A DNA stretch of 64,000 nt from a virus (IMGVR_UViG_3300017913_001553:8027-72026); one strand, 5' to 3'. Shown: positions 1-10,368, counted from the stretch's first letter. Numbers and translations are program-made. The notes: generated by a model from the letters alone, not told the origin.

Positions 1-320
1 GTATTGGTAGACTTAAAAGTGTAAACATTGCTAGAATCATGGGTGTTAATATTTGTTGGAATGGGCAGCACACTATCGCTTCATTATTGTGTAATGGTTG
101 GGAAAAAGTACCATGTATGGTTTATGAATGTGAAGATATGAGATGGAGAGAAGAAACTGTAACATATATGCATTTTAGTCAACGACAAAGATCAGAAATC
201 GCATTTGATTTGATTGAGGAGCTTGAAGAAGAACTTATGGAAACAAAAGGACATGGTATAGAGAGTTTTGAGCACTTGATGGAAATACTTGAATTCACAA
301 AAACAAAAAGACCAAAATAA
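1..320 (+). CDS. 5'-truncated protein with ParB/Srx-like (DGQHR-type) motif
   Basis: Frame is open from the window edge (IGRLKSVNIARIM...). ICWNGQHT...VPCMVY resembles the ParB-fold hDGxHR...hPh motif. Confidence 0.4.
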   Translation, partial: IGRLKSVNIARIMGVNICWNGQHTIASLLCNGWEKVPCMVYECEDMRWREETVTYMHFSQRQRSEIAFDLIEELEEELMETKGHGIESFEHLMEILEFTKTKRPK

Positions 321-356
321 TAAATACATATATAATTATTTGAAAGATAAATTTAC

Positions 357-803
357 ATGACATTTAGAAGAATTCAACATCCAAATCTTGTTACAACAAA
401 TACTTCCTTTGATGATCCAGTTATTGTTTTTGGTAAATCACAAACATCTGTTGATGATATTGGTTTTTTGGCCAAAAAGATCAACAATAACTATGCTGGA
501 TTAATTAGAGATAGTGATACAAATTCTTGGATTCTTATAGATAACTATACACAAGTTGATTTAAATTCAAACGATATTGACGCAGATGATAATAGTCTTG
601 TAAAGGGTACACTTGAAGTAGGTGGTATTAATATTGATACAAAATTTGTAGTTCCAGTGGGTACTACTGAAGAAAGACCATCACTTCCCACGATTGGTGA
701 AATTAGATTTAATACAACTACAAGCGTTTTTGAAGGATATGATGGTACACAGTGGGTACAATTTATTCCAACTACTTTACAAATAACAAACAATGATCCA
801 TAG
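357..803 (+). CDS. virion structural / tail-associated protein
   Basis: VPVGTTEERP...GEIRFNTTTSVFEGYDGTQW motif typical of phage tail and fibre proteins; ATAAATAC late-type element upstream. Confidence 0.6.
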   Translation: MTFRRIQHPNLVTTNTSFDDPVIVFGKSQTSVDDIGFLAKKINNNYAGLIRDSDTNSWILIDNYTQVDLNSNDIDADDNSLVKGTLEVGGINIDTKFVVPVGTTEERPSLPTIGEIRFNTTTSVFEGYDGTQWVQFIPTTLQITNNDP

Positions 804-854
804 ATAATAAACTCTTTTGTAATAAATACATATATTACTAATGGAGAAATAAGA

Positions 855-1895
855 TTGGCATTTAAGGATTATTCAAAAGGTATTGAAAATGTACTCACAT
901 CAACCGTTGATGGAAGTGCTGAAATCAGATCAGAAAAAACGATTAGTTTATATCCGGGTTCAGATAGTCCACAAGGTGATCTTGGTGGAGAAAAACTTGT
1001 ATGGATTAGAGATGGTGCTAAACTAGTATTTGAGGGAAGATATCCAGATGACTACGAGGCAAAACTTTATGTAGATGAGTTAACTGAAGATAGAGAAATT
1101 ACCTTACAGGATAAATCTGGTACTATTGCCTTATTGTCTGATCTAGAGAATATTGATTTAACATATACAAATCTTACACCAATGCCAAATGAAGTAGGTG
1201 GTTTGGAAATTGGAACAACTTTTGACAGTGTTTCATTTGAAGATATGTTTACATCCTTATTATATCCTTATCAATACCCATCTTTTTCTAATTTTTATAT
1301 TAGTGAACTACCAAGTACAATTTTAGAAGTTGGAGATTCTATTCCATCAGGCGACAAAACATTTGTGTGGTCTACATTGAATAATTATAATATTGCTGAT
1401 AGTAGTATTACAATAACAAATGGAAGTGATATTCTTGTTGAAAATATTGATAATGATGGATCAGAAGTTATTAATTTTTCATCACCTATTACTAAAGCAT
1501 CTAGTGGATACGAAACATTTAAGATAGTTGGTAATAACACAAAATCTCAGTCATTTGAAAGAAATTACTATGTAAATTGGAGATGGAAAACATATTATGG
1601 TACTAATTCATCTTCAACTATTAACGAATCAGATGTGAAAAATTTACAAAGTAAACAGTTGGAAAGTAATTTTTCAGGAAATAAATCATTTTCTGCTGGA
1701 GATTACAAATATATTGTTTATCCTGTGGTATTTGGGCAAAAATCATCATTCTTTGATCAATCAACAGGATTTGTAGTTGCTATGGAAGCACCATATATTA
1801 TTGAAATTACAAATGATTATGGAATTTCTACTGATTATTATGTACACAGAACAACAAATACGATTGTCGGCACAATCACTATTGGAGTAAGTTAA
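855..1895 (+). CDS. virion structural protein (tail fibre associated)
   Basis: TTG start with GGAG RBS; Ser/Thr/Asn-rich beta-type sequence; directly upstream of the tail fibre gene. Confidence 0.55.
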   Translation: MAFKDYSKGIENVLTSTVDGSAEIRSEKTISLYPGSDSPQGDLGGEKLVWIRDGAKLVFEGRYPDDYEAKLYVDELTEDREITLQDKSGTIALLSDLENIDLTYTNLTPMPNEVGGLEIGTTFDSVSFEDMFTSLLYPYQYPSFSNFYISELPSTILEVGDSIPSGDKTFVWSTLNNYNIADSSITITNGSDILVENIDNDGSEVINFSSPITKASSGYETFKIVGNNTKSQSFERNYYVNWRWKTYYGTNSSSTINESDVKNLQSKQLESNFSGNKSFSAGDYKYIVYPVVFGQKSSFFDQSTGFVVAMEAPYIIEITNDYGISTDYYVHRTTNTIVGTITIGVS

Positions 1896-1896
1896 T

Positions 1897-4800
1897 ATGG
1901 CACAAATTCCTGGCGCAGTAAATTTAACAGGTATGATAGCACCTACGGATTCGCAAGATGTATATCCAACCCACTCCAGTGAATATGGATTGGGCGGTTA
2001 CAGAGAAGTAGTAGATCAGACAGAACGTGATTCTATACCCCTTCAACGTAGAACGTATGGAATGATGGTATTTCAACAAAGTGACGGAAAGATTTATCAA
2101 CTTGGCAGTGGACTTACAAATTCGGATTGGAGTGAGTTTGTATTAACATCAACAACAGATGATCTAGTAGAAGGTTCAACTAATCTTTACTATACAGATG
2201 CGCGTGTGCAAACAGTTATAGATAATAATACATCAGGATTTTTAACTTCTTATACAGAAACAGACCCCATCTTTAGTGCAAGCGATGCGGCAAGTATTAC
2301 TTCGACTGATATATCAAATTGGAAAACAGCACATGGATGGGGAGATCATGGGGTAGAGGGATATGCTACAGAAACATATGTCAATACGCAAGTTGCTAAT
2401 TTAGTTGATACTGCACCAGCAGCACTAGATACCTTAAATGAACTAGCAGCAGCACTTGGCGATGACCCTAATTTTGCCACAACTGTAACAAATAATATTG
2501 CTACAAAAGTAAGTAAATCTGGTGATACTATGACAGGTCCTTTGGTTCTTAGTGGACCACCCACACTTGGTTCACATGCGATTACGAAGGATTATGTAGA
2601 TTCTGCTGTTAATAGTGTCTCTAGTACAGTTAATTCTCTTGTAACAGATGATATTTCAGAAGGATCAATTAATTTATGGTATACAGATGCCAGAGTTGAT
2701 GCACGAATTCCAACAAAACTTTCAGATTTTACAAACGATGTTGGTTACTTGACAAGTGAAACTGATAGTCAAACACTAACATTCAATAGTCCTAATTTGA
2801 CCATCAGTAATGGCAACAGCGTAGATTTATCAGCATTGTTGGACGATACAAATACAACGTATAGTGCAGGTAGTGGTCTTAATTTAACTGGAACTGAATT
2901 TAGTATTGATAATACAGTAGCATTAAAAACTGAATTATTCAGTGGAGATTACTCAGATTTAACAAATATTCCAAGTGATCTAGTGACAGTCTTTGATTTG
3001 GAGCAATATCTTGGAGATAGTTCTATTGATGGTACAATTGGAAATACAGTAATTTCTAGAATTAATAGATCATTGGACTATGCTAAAGATTATACAGATG
3101 ATGAAATTGCAGCAATCGTAATACCAACAAACATTAGTTCATTTACAAATGACAGTGGATATATTACAGGATATACAGAAACTGACCCAACTGTTCCTTC
3201 TCATGTAAAATCGATAACAACTACTGAAAAGTCTAATTGGAATACGGCATTTGGATGGGGAGATCACTCAACCCAAGGTTATCTAACAAGTGAAACTGAT
3301 CCTATCTTTGCAGCAAGTGATGCTGCGAGTATTACTTCTATTGATATTGGAAATTGGAATACTGCGTATGGATGGGGAGATCATAGTGTAGAAGGATATG
3401 CTACTGAAACATATGTTAATACAGCGGTAGCAAATGTTATTGATACTGCGCCCACTACATTGGATACCTTAAATGAATTGGCAGCAGCACTTGGTGATGA
3501 CCCTAACTTTGCTACAACCATTACTAATGCTATTGCCACAAAAGCAGATTCTGTAGATTTAAATACAAAAGTTTCTAAATCTGGCGATACAATGACAGGT
3601 GGACTTACTTTTGGTAATAATAACAAACTTACACTTGGTGGATTTAATGCATTACAATTGTATGCTACAGGAACCAACAGTTTAGTTTTTAACAATATTG
3701 GTGATCTTTATTTCTATAATAATGTTGATGATCGTAGTATTATTTTTAGAACAGATAATGGTAGTGGTGGGACAGCAAACTATATTATTGCTAATGGCGC
3801 AACTGGTAGTGTTGAACTTACACATTATGGCACAGAAAAATTTAAAACTACATCTAGTGGTGGCGAATTGTCTGGAAACTTAGTATTATCGGCAGCACCC
3901 ACAGCGAATGATCACGCAGTTAGAAAAGATTATGTAGATAACGCATTAAGTAGTGTAAGCACAGCGGTTGGAAATCTAGATACAGATGATGTTCCAGAAG
4001 GAACAAGTAATCTATATTATACAGATGAACGTTCAAGAGAATCAATTTCGGTTAGTGGGTCTCTAGGATATAACAGTAATACTGGTGTTATATCATATAC
4101 TCAACCAACAAATGTGAGCGCATTTACAAATGACAGTGGATACTTAACATCTTATACAGAAACAGACCCAACTGTTCCTTCTCATGTAAAATCGATAACA
4201 ACTACTGAAAAGTCTAATTGGAATACGGCATTTGGATGGGGAGATCACTCAACCCAAGGATACTTAACATCTTATACAGAAACAGACCCTATTTTTACAG
4301 CAAGTGATGCTGCGAGTATTACTTCTATTGATATTGGAAATTGGAATACTGCGTATGGATGGGGAGATCATTCAACTCAAGGATACTTAACATCTTATAC
4401 AGAAACAGACCCAACTGTTCCTTCTCATGTAAAATCGATAACAACTACTGAAAAGTCTAATTGGAATACGGCATTTGGATGGGGAGATCACTCAACCCAA
4501 GGATATCTAACAAGTGAAACTGATAGTCAAACACTAACATTTAATAGTCCAAACCTGAGTATTAGTAATGGTAACACTGTTGATCTATCAGCACTATTAG
4601 ACGATACGGATACAAATACATACCTACAATCACTTGGTTTTAATCTACAAAATGGCGTATTAACAGCAACATTAAATGATTCTTCGACTGTAACAGTTGA
4701 TCTAGATGGTAGATATTCAACAACAGACACAACATATTCCCAAGCAACAAGCACAACACTTGGATTGGTAAAAGTTGGATATTCTGAAAATGGTAAAAAT

Positions 4801-6015
4801 TATCCAGTAGAACTTTCAAACGGTCAAATGTTTGTAAATGTTCCTTGGACTGATACAAATACTGATACAGACAACTATGTAGATAGTGTTGCGTTCAATA
4901 CAACCAATGGTATTCTTACATTAGGAAGAACAGGCGCATTAGCAAACTTAACAGTTGATTTAGACGGAAGATACTCTACAACAGACACAAATACAACGTA
5001 TAGTGCAGGTAGTGGTCTTAATTTAACTGGAACTGAATTTAGTATTGATAATACAGTAGCATTAAAAACTGAATTATTCAGTGGAGATTACTCAGATTTA
5101 ACTAATAAACCTACTATTCCAACAATACCAACAAATGTTAGTTCATTTACAAATGACGCTGGATATTTAACATCTCATCAATCACTAACAAATTATGCTA
5201 CAAAAACATATGCAGATAACGCAGCAGCGGATGCGGTTGCGAACATAGTTGATACTGCACCAGCAGCACTAGATACACTAAACGAACTAGCAGCAGCACT
5301 TGGTGATGACCCTAACTTTGCTACGACTGTATCTACGGATATAGGCACAAAAGTATCAAAAACGTCAGCACAAGCATTACGCGCAACTAATGCGCTAACA
5401 GTATCAAATGATACGATCACAATCCACAAAGGTGATGGTACATCAGAATCTGTATCGATTTCGGATGCTAACACATGGAGACCAATTCATGATACACCTG
5501 TAAATGGTGCTACGACAACATCAATTTCATCAAATTGGGCATTTGATAATGTTAAAACAGCAGTTCCATCAGGAGCAGTGTTTACAGATACAAATACAAC
5601 ATATACTGCTGGAAATGGATTACAACTTGTTGGCACAGAATTTAGTATGAGCGGAAGTTATTCTGGAACTTTCACAGCATCTGGAGATATCTGTGCGTAT
5701 GGTACAGTTTCTGATAGACGACAAAAAGAAAATGTGATAAAATTAGAAAACGCACTAGACAAAGTGAATCAGTTAAACGGTTATACCTTTAATTATATTG
5801 GCAAAGAAGATCGCATGACTGGTGTAATGGCACAAGAAGTAGCAGAAGTATTGCCAGAGGCAGTATTTGAAACAAAAGCATTTGGTGCTGAAGAATCAAC
5901 TATGGCAGTTCGTCATGGTAATATGGTTGGTTTATTGATTGAAGCAATTAAAGAACTAACTGAACAAAATCGTCAAATGGCAGAAGAAATAAAACAGTTA
6001 AAAAATAAACCATAG
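1897..6015 (+). CDS. long tail fibre with internal repeats and C-terminal peptidase S74 intramolecular chaperone
   Basis: SDRRQKENV...LNGYTFNY...GVMAQEV...LLIEAIKEL is the S74 pattern; DTAPAALDTLNELAAALGDDPNF x3; WGDH repeats. Confidence 0.9.
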   Translation: MAQIPGAVNLTGMIAPTDSQDVYPTHSSEYGLGGYREVVDQTERDSIPLQRRTYGMMVFQQSDGKIYQLGSGLTNSDWSEFVLTSTTDDLVEGSTNLYYTDARVQTVIDNNTSGFLTSYTETDPIFSASDAASITSTDISNWKTAHGWGDHGVEGYATETYVNTQVANLVDTAPAALDTLNELAAALGDDPNFATTVTNNIATKVSKSGDTMTGPLVLSGPPTLGSHAITKDYVDSAVNSVSSTVNSLVTDDISEGSINLWYTDARVDARIPTKLSDFTNDVGYLTSETDSQTLTFNSPNLTISNGNSVDLSALLDDTNTTYSAGSGLNLTGTEFSIDNTVALKTELFSGDYSDLTNIPSDLVTVFDLEQYLGDSSIDGTIGNTVISRINRSLDYAKDYTDDEIAAIVIPTNISSFTNDSGYITGYTETDPTVPSHVKSITTTEKSNWNTAFGWGDHSTQGYLTSETDPIFAASDAASITSIDIGNWNTAYGWGDHSVEGYATETYVNTAVANVIDTAPTTLDTLNELAAALGDDPNFATTITNAIATKADSVDLNTKVSKSGDTMTGGLTFGNNNKLTLGGFNALQLYATGTNSLVFNNIGDLYFYNNVDDRSIIFRTDNGSGGTANYIIANGATGSVELTHYGTEKFKTTSSGGELSGNLVLSAAPTANDHAVRKDYVDNALSSVSTAVGNLDTDDVPEGTSNLYYTDERSRESISVSGSLGYNSNTGVISYTQPTNVSAFTNDSGYLTSYTETDPTVPSHVKSITTTEKSNWNTAFGWGDHSTQGYLTSYTETDPIFTASDAASITSIDIGNWNTAYGWGDHSTQGYLTSYTETDPTVPSHVKSITTTEKSNWNTAFGWGDHSTQGYLTSETDSQTLTFNSPNLSISNGNTVDLSALLDDTDTNTYLQSLGFNLQNGVLTATLNDSSTVTVDLDGRYSTTDTTYSQATSTTLGLVKVGYSENGKNYPVELSNGQMFVNVPWTDTNTDTDNYVDSVAFNTTNGILTLGRTGALANLTVDLDGRYSTTDTNTTYSAGSGLNLTGTEFSIDNTVALKTELFSGDYSDLTNKPTIPTIPTNVSSFTNDAGYLTSHQSLTNYATKTYADNAAADAVANIVDTAPAALDTLNELAAALGDDPNFATTVSTDIGTKVSKTSAQALRATNALTVSNDTITIHKGDGTSESVSISDANTWRPIHDTPVNGATTTSISSNWAFDNVKTAVPSGAVFTDTNTTYTAGNGLQLVGTEFSMSGSYSGTFTASGDICAYGTVSDRRQKENVIKLENALDKVNQLNGYTFNYIGKEDRMTGVMAQEVAEVLPEAVFETKAFGAEESTMAVRHGNMVGLLIEAIKELTEQNRQMAEEIKQLKNKP
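3184..4502 (+). repeat. three identical 95-bp intragenic repeats (3184-3278, 4165-4259, 4408-4502)
   Basis: Direct comparison: GACCCAACTGTTCC...CAACCCAAGG is identical in all three copies, including third codon positions. Confidence 0.9.
3311..4371 (+). repeat. two identical 74-bp intragenic repeats (3311-3384, 4298-4371)
   Basis: CAGCAAGTGATGCTGCG...GGAGATCAT is identical in both; a diverged copy lies near 2263-2350. Confidence 0.85.
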
Positions 6016-6102
6016 CGTTAAGTAAAGATACTTTTACGATAAATAAATGAGTAAGGAAAAAACCTTGCTATTAACGTTAATAAAAATAAGGAGTTCCATA
6101 AC

Positions 6103-6285
6103 ATGGCATTACCAGCAACCGGGTCGTATATTACGATGGGTACAGTACGTAACTATTTTGGTCTATCAGGCACAATTTGTCTATCAACACTAGGTTCGTA
6201 TATTTCACCATCAGTGACATCAAATATTAAACTTTCTGCAACTTTCGGCGGTTGGCAGAATCCTAACTCAACAGGTGCATCATAA
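6103..6285 (+). CDS. small tail-fibre-associated protein
   Basis: MALPATGSYITMGTV-type N-terminus often seen in small proteins following S74-containing fibres; GGAG RBS. Confidence 0.5.
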   Translation: MALPATGSYITMGTVRNYFGLSGTICLSTLGSYISPSVTSNIKLSATFGGWQNPNSTGAS

Positions 6286-6309
6286 GCATAAATGAGTAAA
6301 AATAAATAA

Positions 6310-6356
6310 TAGGTGTTGTTGATTTTTCTTGACAACACCTAATATTTAACTATTAT
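6310..6356 (+). promoter_or_regulatory. hairpin overlapping a sigma70-like promoter
   Basis: TAGGTGTTGT (6310-6319) / ACAACACCTA (6332-6341) inverted repeat; TTGACA at 6329 and TATTAT at 6351. Confidence 0.55.
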
Positions 6357-6403
6357 AAAATTTAATTAAAAACTTAATGTAAACTCAAACACAGGAGAAA
6401 ACT

Positions 6404-6820
6404 ATGAGTATCAGAACACGATTTGAAATTGAAACATTTCTTTTGGGATCACACCCAACAGCAGCACGTCAAGCACAGCAACTAGTAACAGAACTAGAAC
6501 AGGCACGTGCACAAAACCACCCAGACCTTCCAATTCTAGAAGCAGTATATAATGATTTTGCAGCAGCAAATGATGTAGAAGCACTTCTAGGTAGTATTGA
6601 AGATAGTGAAGAAGAGTATTGGGTAAAGCGTCTTTCACGCCTAGCAGCAATCGATATCCTTACAATTGGTAAAGTACAACCAGAGCATATGAACTATATG
6701 GCATCACTAAATGATGATGCATTCGCAGCATGTGTAAAGGGTGCGGCAGCATTGGCAAAAACATTGAATGATCAAGTTCGTGAAATCGAAGCAGAATTGG
6801 ATCAAGATTTAGCAGACTAA
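6404..6820 (+). CDS. hypothetical helical protein
   Basis: Clean ORF with GGAG RBS; no recognisable motif. Confidence 0.6.
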   Translation: MSIRTRFEIETFLLGSHPTAARQAQQLVTELEQARAQNHPDLPILEAVYNDFAAANDVEALLGSIEDSEEEYWVKRLSRLAAIDILTIGKVQPEHMNYMASLNDDAFAACVKGAAALAKTLNDQVREIEAELDQDLAD

Positions 6821-6827
6821 TTTTGAA

Positions 6828-7475
6828 ATGGTTTCAATACCAACATACTATCACAAAGTTAAGAAAAATGCTGTAATAGCAATATGCGTTCCTGTGCGAG
6901 ATATTGTTACCGCATCATTTTCCTATAGTCTCGCCATGCTCATGAAGAAATGTGGCGAGACTGGTAGGAAAGTGACATTACATATGGTAATGGGTAGCGA
7001 GATATCGTCACAAAGACAGCAGTTGGTAGAACAAGCACTAGAAACAAATGCCACACATATCTTATGGTTAGATAGTGACATGAAATTTCCTATAGATATA
7101 ATAGATAGATTATTATCACATGATAAAGATATTATCGCATGTAACTATAGCACACGTGTTCCACCTCACCGTCCAGTAGCATTCACTTCTAGTATTGATA
7201 TGGACGCAAGACTTAACAAAAAAGATGGAACATCCCAAGTTTTTGCCGTTGGTATGGGATGTATGTTAGTAAATATAGATGTATATAAAAACATTTCAAG
7301 ACCTTTTTTTAGTGTAAGTTGGAATGACGACTACACAAGTTTAGAAGGCGAAGATTTATATTTTTGTAAAAAAGCAAGCAAAAATAATTATAATATATGG
7401 ATTGACAATGAAGCAAGTCAATTGGTAGCGCATGTAGGAACACATGCGTATACATTAAAAGGAGATTGTATATGA
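6828..7475 (+). CDS. GT-A fold glycosyltransferase (family 2-like)
   Basis: IAICVP N-terminal strand, ILWLDSDM DxD motif, VGMGCMLV and GEDLYFC motifs. Confidence 0.8.
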   Translation: MVSIPTYYHKVKKNAVIAICVPVRDIVTASFSYSLAMLMKKCGETGRKVTLHMVMGSEISSQRQQLVEQALETNATHILWLDSDMKFPIDIIDRLLSHDKDIIACNYSTRVPPHRPVAFTSSIDMDARLNKKDGTSQVFAVGMGCMLVNIDVYKNISRPFFSVSWNDDYTSLEGEDLYFCKKASKNNYNIWIDNEASQLVAHVGTHAYTLKGDCI

Positions 7476-8569
7476 TAGAAATTTCAAGTTCAGAATTGCT
7501 ATCTTTTAAAGGACAGAGTGTAATTACTCCATGGGATAGATTGAAAAAGCATATTTTTCAAGAATACCCACGTTGTACAATTGATCCTAGTGAAGTAAAA
7601 ACAGAAGATGATTATCTAAGAATTGCTAGTGATTATAGTGACAAAGATGATATGGTATGGATTGTTAAGTCTGATGCCAAAGTTCGTGAAGATTTCCCTT
7701 GGCACTTTAGACCAAGTGATCTTGGTAGAAACTTTATTCACTATTTTCCAAAAACAACAAAAAGATCAAAGCGTGTTATCGAATGGGGTGATGTTACTCT
7801 GGTACCAACAGGTGGTGTTCATCATGGTACGTTTGAGAATAAAATTATTTCAGCATATCATGAGGCAGATTTTGATATTGTTATGATTAGTTTCCACGAA
7901 CAGGAAGCAGATGAAAAATTCTTAGCACTAAAAGAGCGTTTTCCAGATATTAAGCATGTTAAAAATGTTAAAGGTATTGCAGCAGCACATAAAAAGGCAG
8001 CACAAATCGCAGAAACAGATATGGTTTGGATTGTAGACGCAGACACTGACGTTCTAGATTCTTTTAAGTTCGATTATTCACCACCATTGGCAAACAGAAA
8101 GAATACAACATATACTTGGTTTGCTAGAAATCCTATCAACGATTTGGAATACGGTTATGGTGGTATCAAATTATTCCCACGTGATCAATTATTAGAAATG
8201 GGACATGAATTACCAGACTTCTCTACAGGATCAGCATTTTATCAACCAGTAAAAGATGTAGCAAGTGTTACAGCATTCAATAAGGACCCATTCCGCACAT
8301 GGCGTAGTGCGTTCCGTGAATGTGTTAAACTTTCAAGTGGTATTAACCCAAATAATCCTGTTGATGAAACAGTAGAAAGATTAGAAGCATGGTGTACAGT
8401 AGACAACGGTGCACGTTTTGGTCGTTATTGTATCAAGGGTGCTTTAGAAGGAAAAGCATACGGTGAAGAAAACAAAGACGATGTTACCGCACTGAATAAA
8501 ATCAATGATTTTGAGTGGTTGCGCCAGAGATTTGTTGAAAGTATGCGCAATAATCAAATTAAACCTTGA
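7472..8569 (+). CDS. glycosyltransferase-like protein with duplicated GT-A-like half-domains
   Basis: MVWIVDAD DxD motif; N-terminal echo MVWIVKSD; ATGA overlap with the upstream gene. Confidence 0.6.
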   Translation: MIEISSSELLSFKGQSVITPWDRLKKHIFQEYPRCTIDPSEVKTEDDYLRIASDYSDKDDMVWIVKSDAKVREDFPWHFRPSDLGRNFIHYFPKTTKRSKRVIEWGDVTLVPTGGVHHGTFENKIISAYHEADFDIVMISFHEQEADEKFLALKERFPDIKHVKNVKGIAAAHKKAAQIAETDMVWIVDADTDVLDSFKFDYSPPLANRKNTTYTWFARNPINDLEYGYGGIKLFPRDQLLEMGHELPDFSTGSAFYQPVKDVASVTAFNKDPFRTWRSAFRECVKLSSGINPNNPVDETVERLEAWCTVDNGARFGRYCIKGALEGKAYGEENKDDVTALNKINDFEWLRQRFVESMRNNQIKP

Positions 8570-9022
8570 TTATAAAGTATCTAACCAATTAGAGCCATCC
8601 ATGGAACAATTTTCATGGATGGTTTTTATTTTTTTAATTACATCTTTTTTCATAAGTTGTGCTTTCACGCCCGGATGTAATGGTCTAGGCCAATTTCCTA
8701 GTTTAACCCACGCATATCCATCACTTTCATTATTTAAAACTGGTATAAATTCTTGATATACAGTTACTACAAATGATGTATATACAAACTTTTTGTCTGG
8801 ACTTGTAAATGAATCGAGTGGATATATTTTCTCTACACTTGGAATCATTCCAATTTCTTCATCTAACTCACGAAGTAGAGTTTCAATAGGACGCTCTTTT
8901 TTTTCTGCTTTTCCACCAAAATATCCCCATGTTCTAGGGTGTGGACTATCACTACTTCTTTGTTGTAATAAAACTCTTCCAGTATCAACTGCCAAAAAGA
9001 TACAACCGCTTGCTTGTATCAT
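8570..9022 (-). CDS. NUDIX hydrolase
   Basis: Nudix box GGKAEKKERPIETLLRELDEEIG; start placed at MIQASG, overlapping the upstream stop (TAATG). Confidence 0.9.
   Translation of the reverse strand: MIQASGCIFLAVDTGRVLLQQRSSDSPHPRTWGYFGGKAEKKERPIETLLRELDEEIGMIPSVEKIYPLDSFTSPDKKFVYTSFVVTVYQEFIPVLNNESDGYAWVKLGNWPRPLHPGVKAQLMKKDVIKKIKTIHENCSMDGSNWLDTL
8594..8630. terminator. hairpin at convergent gene junction
   Basis: GCCATCCATG / CATGGATGGT stem followed by a T-run. Confidence 0.55.
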
Positions 9023-10368
9023 TATAAGTACAATCTCCAAAAACCAGGATTGTATATACCTTCGTGACTGTTAACCCAATCTGATCCTGTCCATTCCAAT
9101 TGATCATCACTTTTTAAATTGTGGACATATTCCTTTGTGGGTACAGATTTACTATCAAAGACTACGTTCCATCCACTTCCATTGTATTCAATAATGTCGT
9201 TTTTATTTGCGACAACTCCCCACGTAGAAGGTGAATCACTCATAAGTAACCATCTATCGCCAAGTGTTGCATTTGGAACACTACCATCTCCTGGGTAGTT
9301 GTTTTGTGGATTAACTACACCATTGATTGGTTGTAGTGTATTGGATGGTAAAGTATCAACATCAACATCTACGATAAGTGCGTTTTCATTATTATCGTCA
9401 ATCATTAGTCTACCAATAACATCATGGTCAAGTGATCCTGGATTATTTGACTTTCTTAAACGTATTTGACTGATGCCATCACGTAGTTCGCCAAACTTTT
9501 CAAGATGCTTTTGCCATTTTAATAGGTTACCGTCACTATCATAATTACTCCCAACACTACTTAATAGATATGCTTTTCCATTTTCATATTTTAGTTTCAT
9601 ATCTTCAAATGTTGTAATGATATAATTTACATTTTCAACATTTAGCGGTAATCCTTCTAAACTTTCAAGTTCATCACCTGACATTGTTTCTAGTTGATTG
9701 ATAATTGTATGAATAATACGCTGTTGTTTTACTTTTGCTGGTGGTGTAATTAAAATAGGAATCGTGAAAGTGAGTGTAGATACATCTATAATATCATCAA
9801 TACTACTTTGTACGCTTCTACTACTCCAAATACTATTTGTCATTTCTACGTATCCAAAAGCAGTCCAATCAAACGCATTACTACTTGTTCTGATGTTTAG
9901 TGTAGGATTGAAAAGAACCATAATTTGCTCTAGTAGTTGTAATTTCTGATCTGTGTTTGAAGTCCAAATATCACAGTTCATTACTAGATTGTATGGAACA
10001 GGCATATGACGCTCAATGGTGTATGTATTTCCAACTTCATTTAAGTATTCGCCAGTATTGTCGTCATATTTCTTTTCACGAACTTGAACTTTATCAACGT
10101 GTGTTTGATCAACACGTCTTTCTGGTGCCATATTAAGATCAGTTACATAACAACTGATAAAAGGAACAGTGTTTACGATATTCTCACTATTTTCACGTGT
10201 AATATGTGCTGCCATACGATTGATATCACCATATCTTACAGGAACTTGTTGGAACAATGGCAGTTTATCATCAGTATATCCCATTTGTACACTAAATCCA
10301 CCGAATAGACGGATAAATTGTTGAATATATCTTCTGATTTGTTTATCATAAAAAAATTGTTGTGCCAT
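9022..10368 (-). CDS. gp15: tail sheath stabiliser / tail terminator (T4 gp15-like) with C-terminal extension
   Basis: FFYDKQIRRYIQQFIRLF N-terminus; HMPVPYNL and QLLEQIMVLFNP match gp15 motifs. Confidence 0.75.
   Translation of the reverse strand: MAQQFFYDKQIRRYIQQFIRLFGGFSVQMGYTDDKLPLFQQVPVRYGDINRMAAHITRENSENIVNTVPFISCYVTDLNMAPERRVDQTHVDKVQVREKKYDDNTGEYLNEVGNTYTIERHMPVPYNLVMNCDIWTSNTDQKLQLLEQIMVLFNPTLNIRTSSNAFDWTAFGYVEMTNSIWSSRSVQSSIDDIIDVSTLTFTIPILITPPAKVKQQRIIHTIINQLETMSGDELESLEGLPLNVENVNYIITTFEDMKLKYENGKAYLLSSVGSNYDSDGNLLKWQKHLEKFGELRDGISQIRLRKSNNPGSLDHDVIGRLMIDDNNENALIVDVDVDTLPSNTLQPINGVVNPQNNYPGDGSVPNATLGDRWLLMSDSPSTWGVVANKNDIIEYNGSGWNVVFDSKSVPTKEYVHNLKSDDQLEWTGSDWVNSHEGIYNPGFWRLYL

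Larger units (their letters stand above)
2848..5102 (+). repeat. two identical 116-bp intragenic repeats (2848-2963, 4987-5102)
   Basis: Both copies encode TNTTYSAGSGLNLTGTEFSIDNTVALKTELFSGDYSDLT with identical DNA. Confidence 0.9.

Noticed and set aside
2346-5474. Antisense and alternate-frame ORFs in the six-frame track (also those within the sheath, terminase, gp32 and nrd genes)
   Set aside because: They are shadows of strongly codon-biased real genes, with no RBS, motifs or operon logic.
1897-6015. Diversity-generating retroelement or CRISPR-like array in the tail fibre repeats
   Set aside because: The repeats are in-frame coding and identical, with no adenine-specific mismatches. No reverse transcriptase, cas genes or spacer pattern is present in the window.
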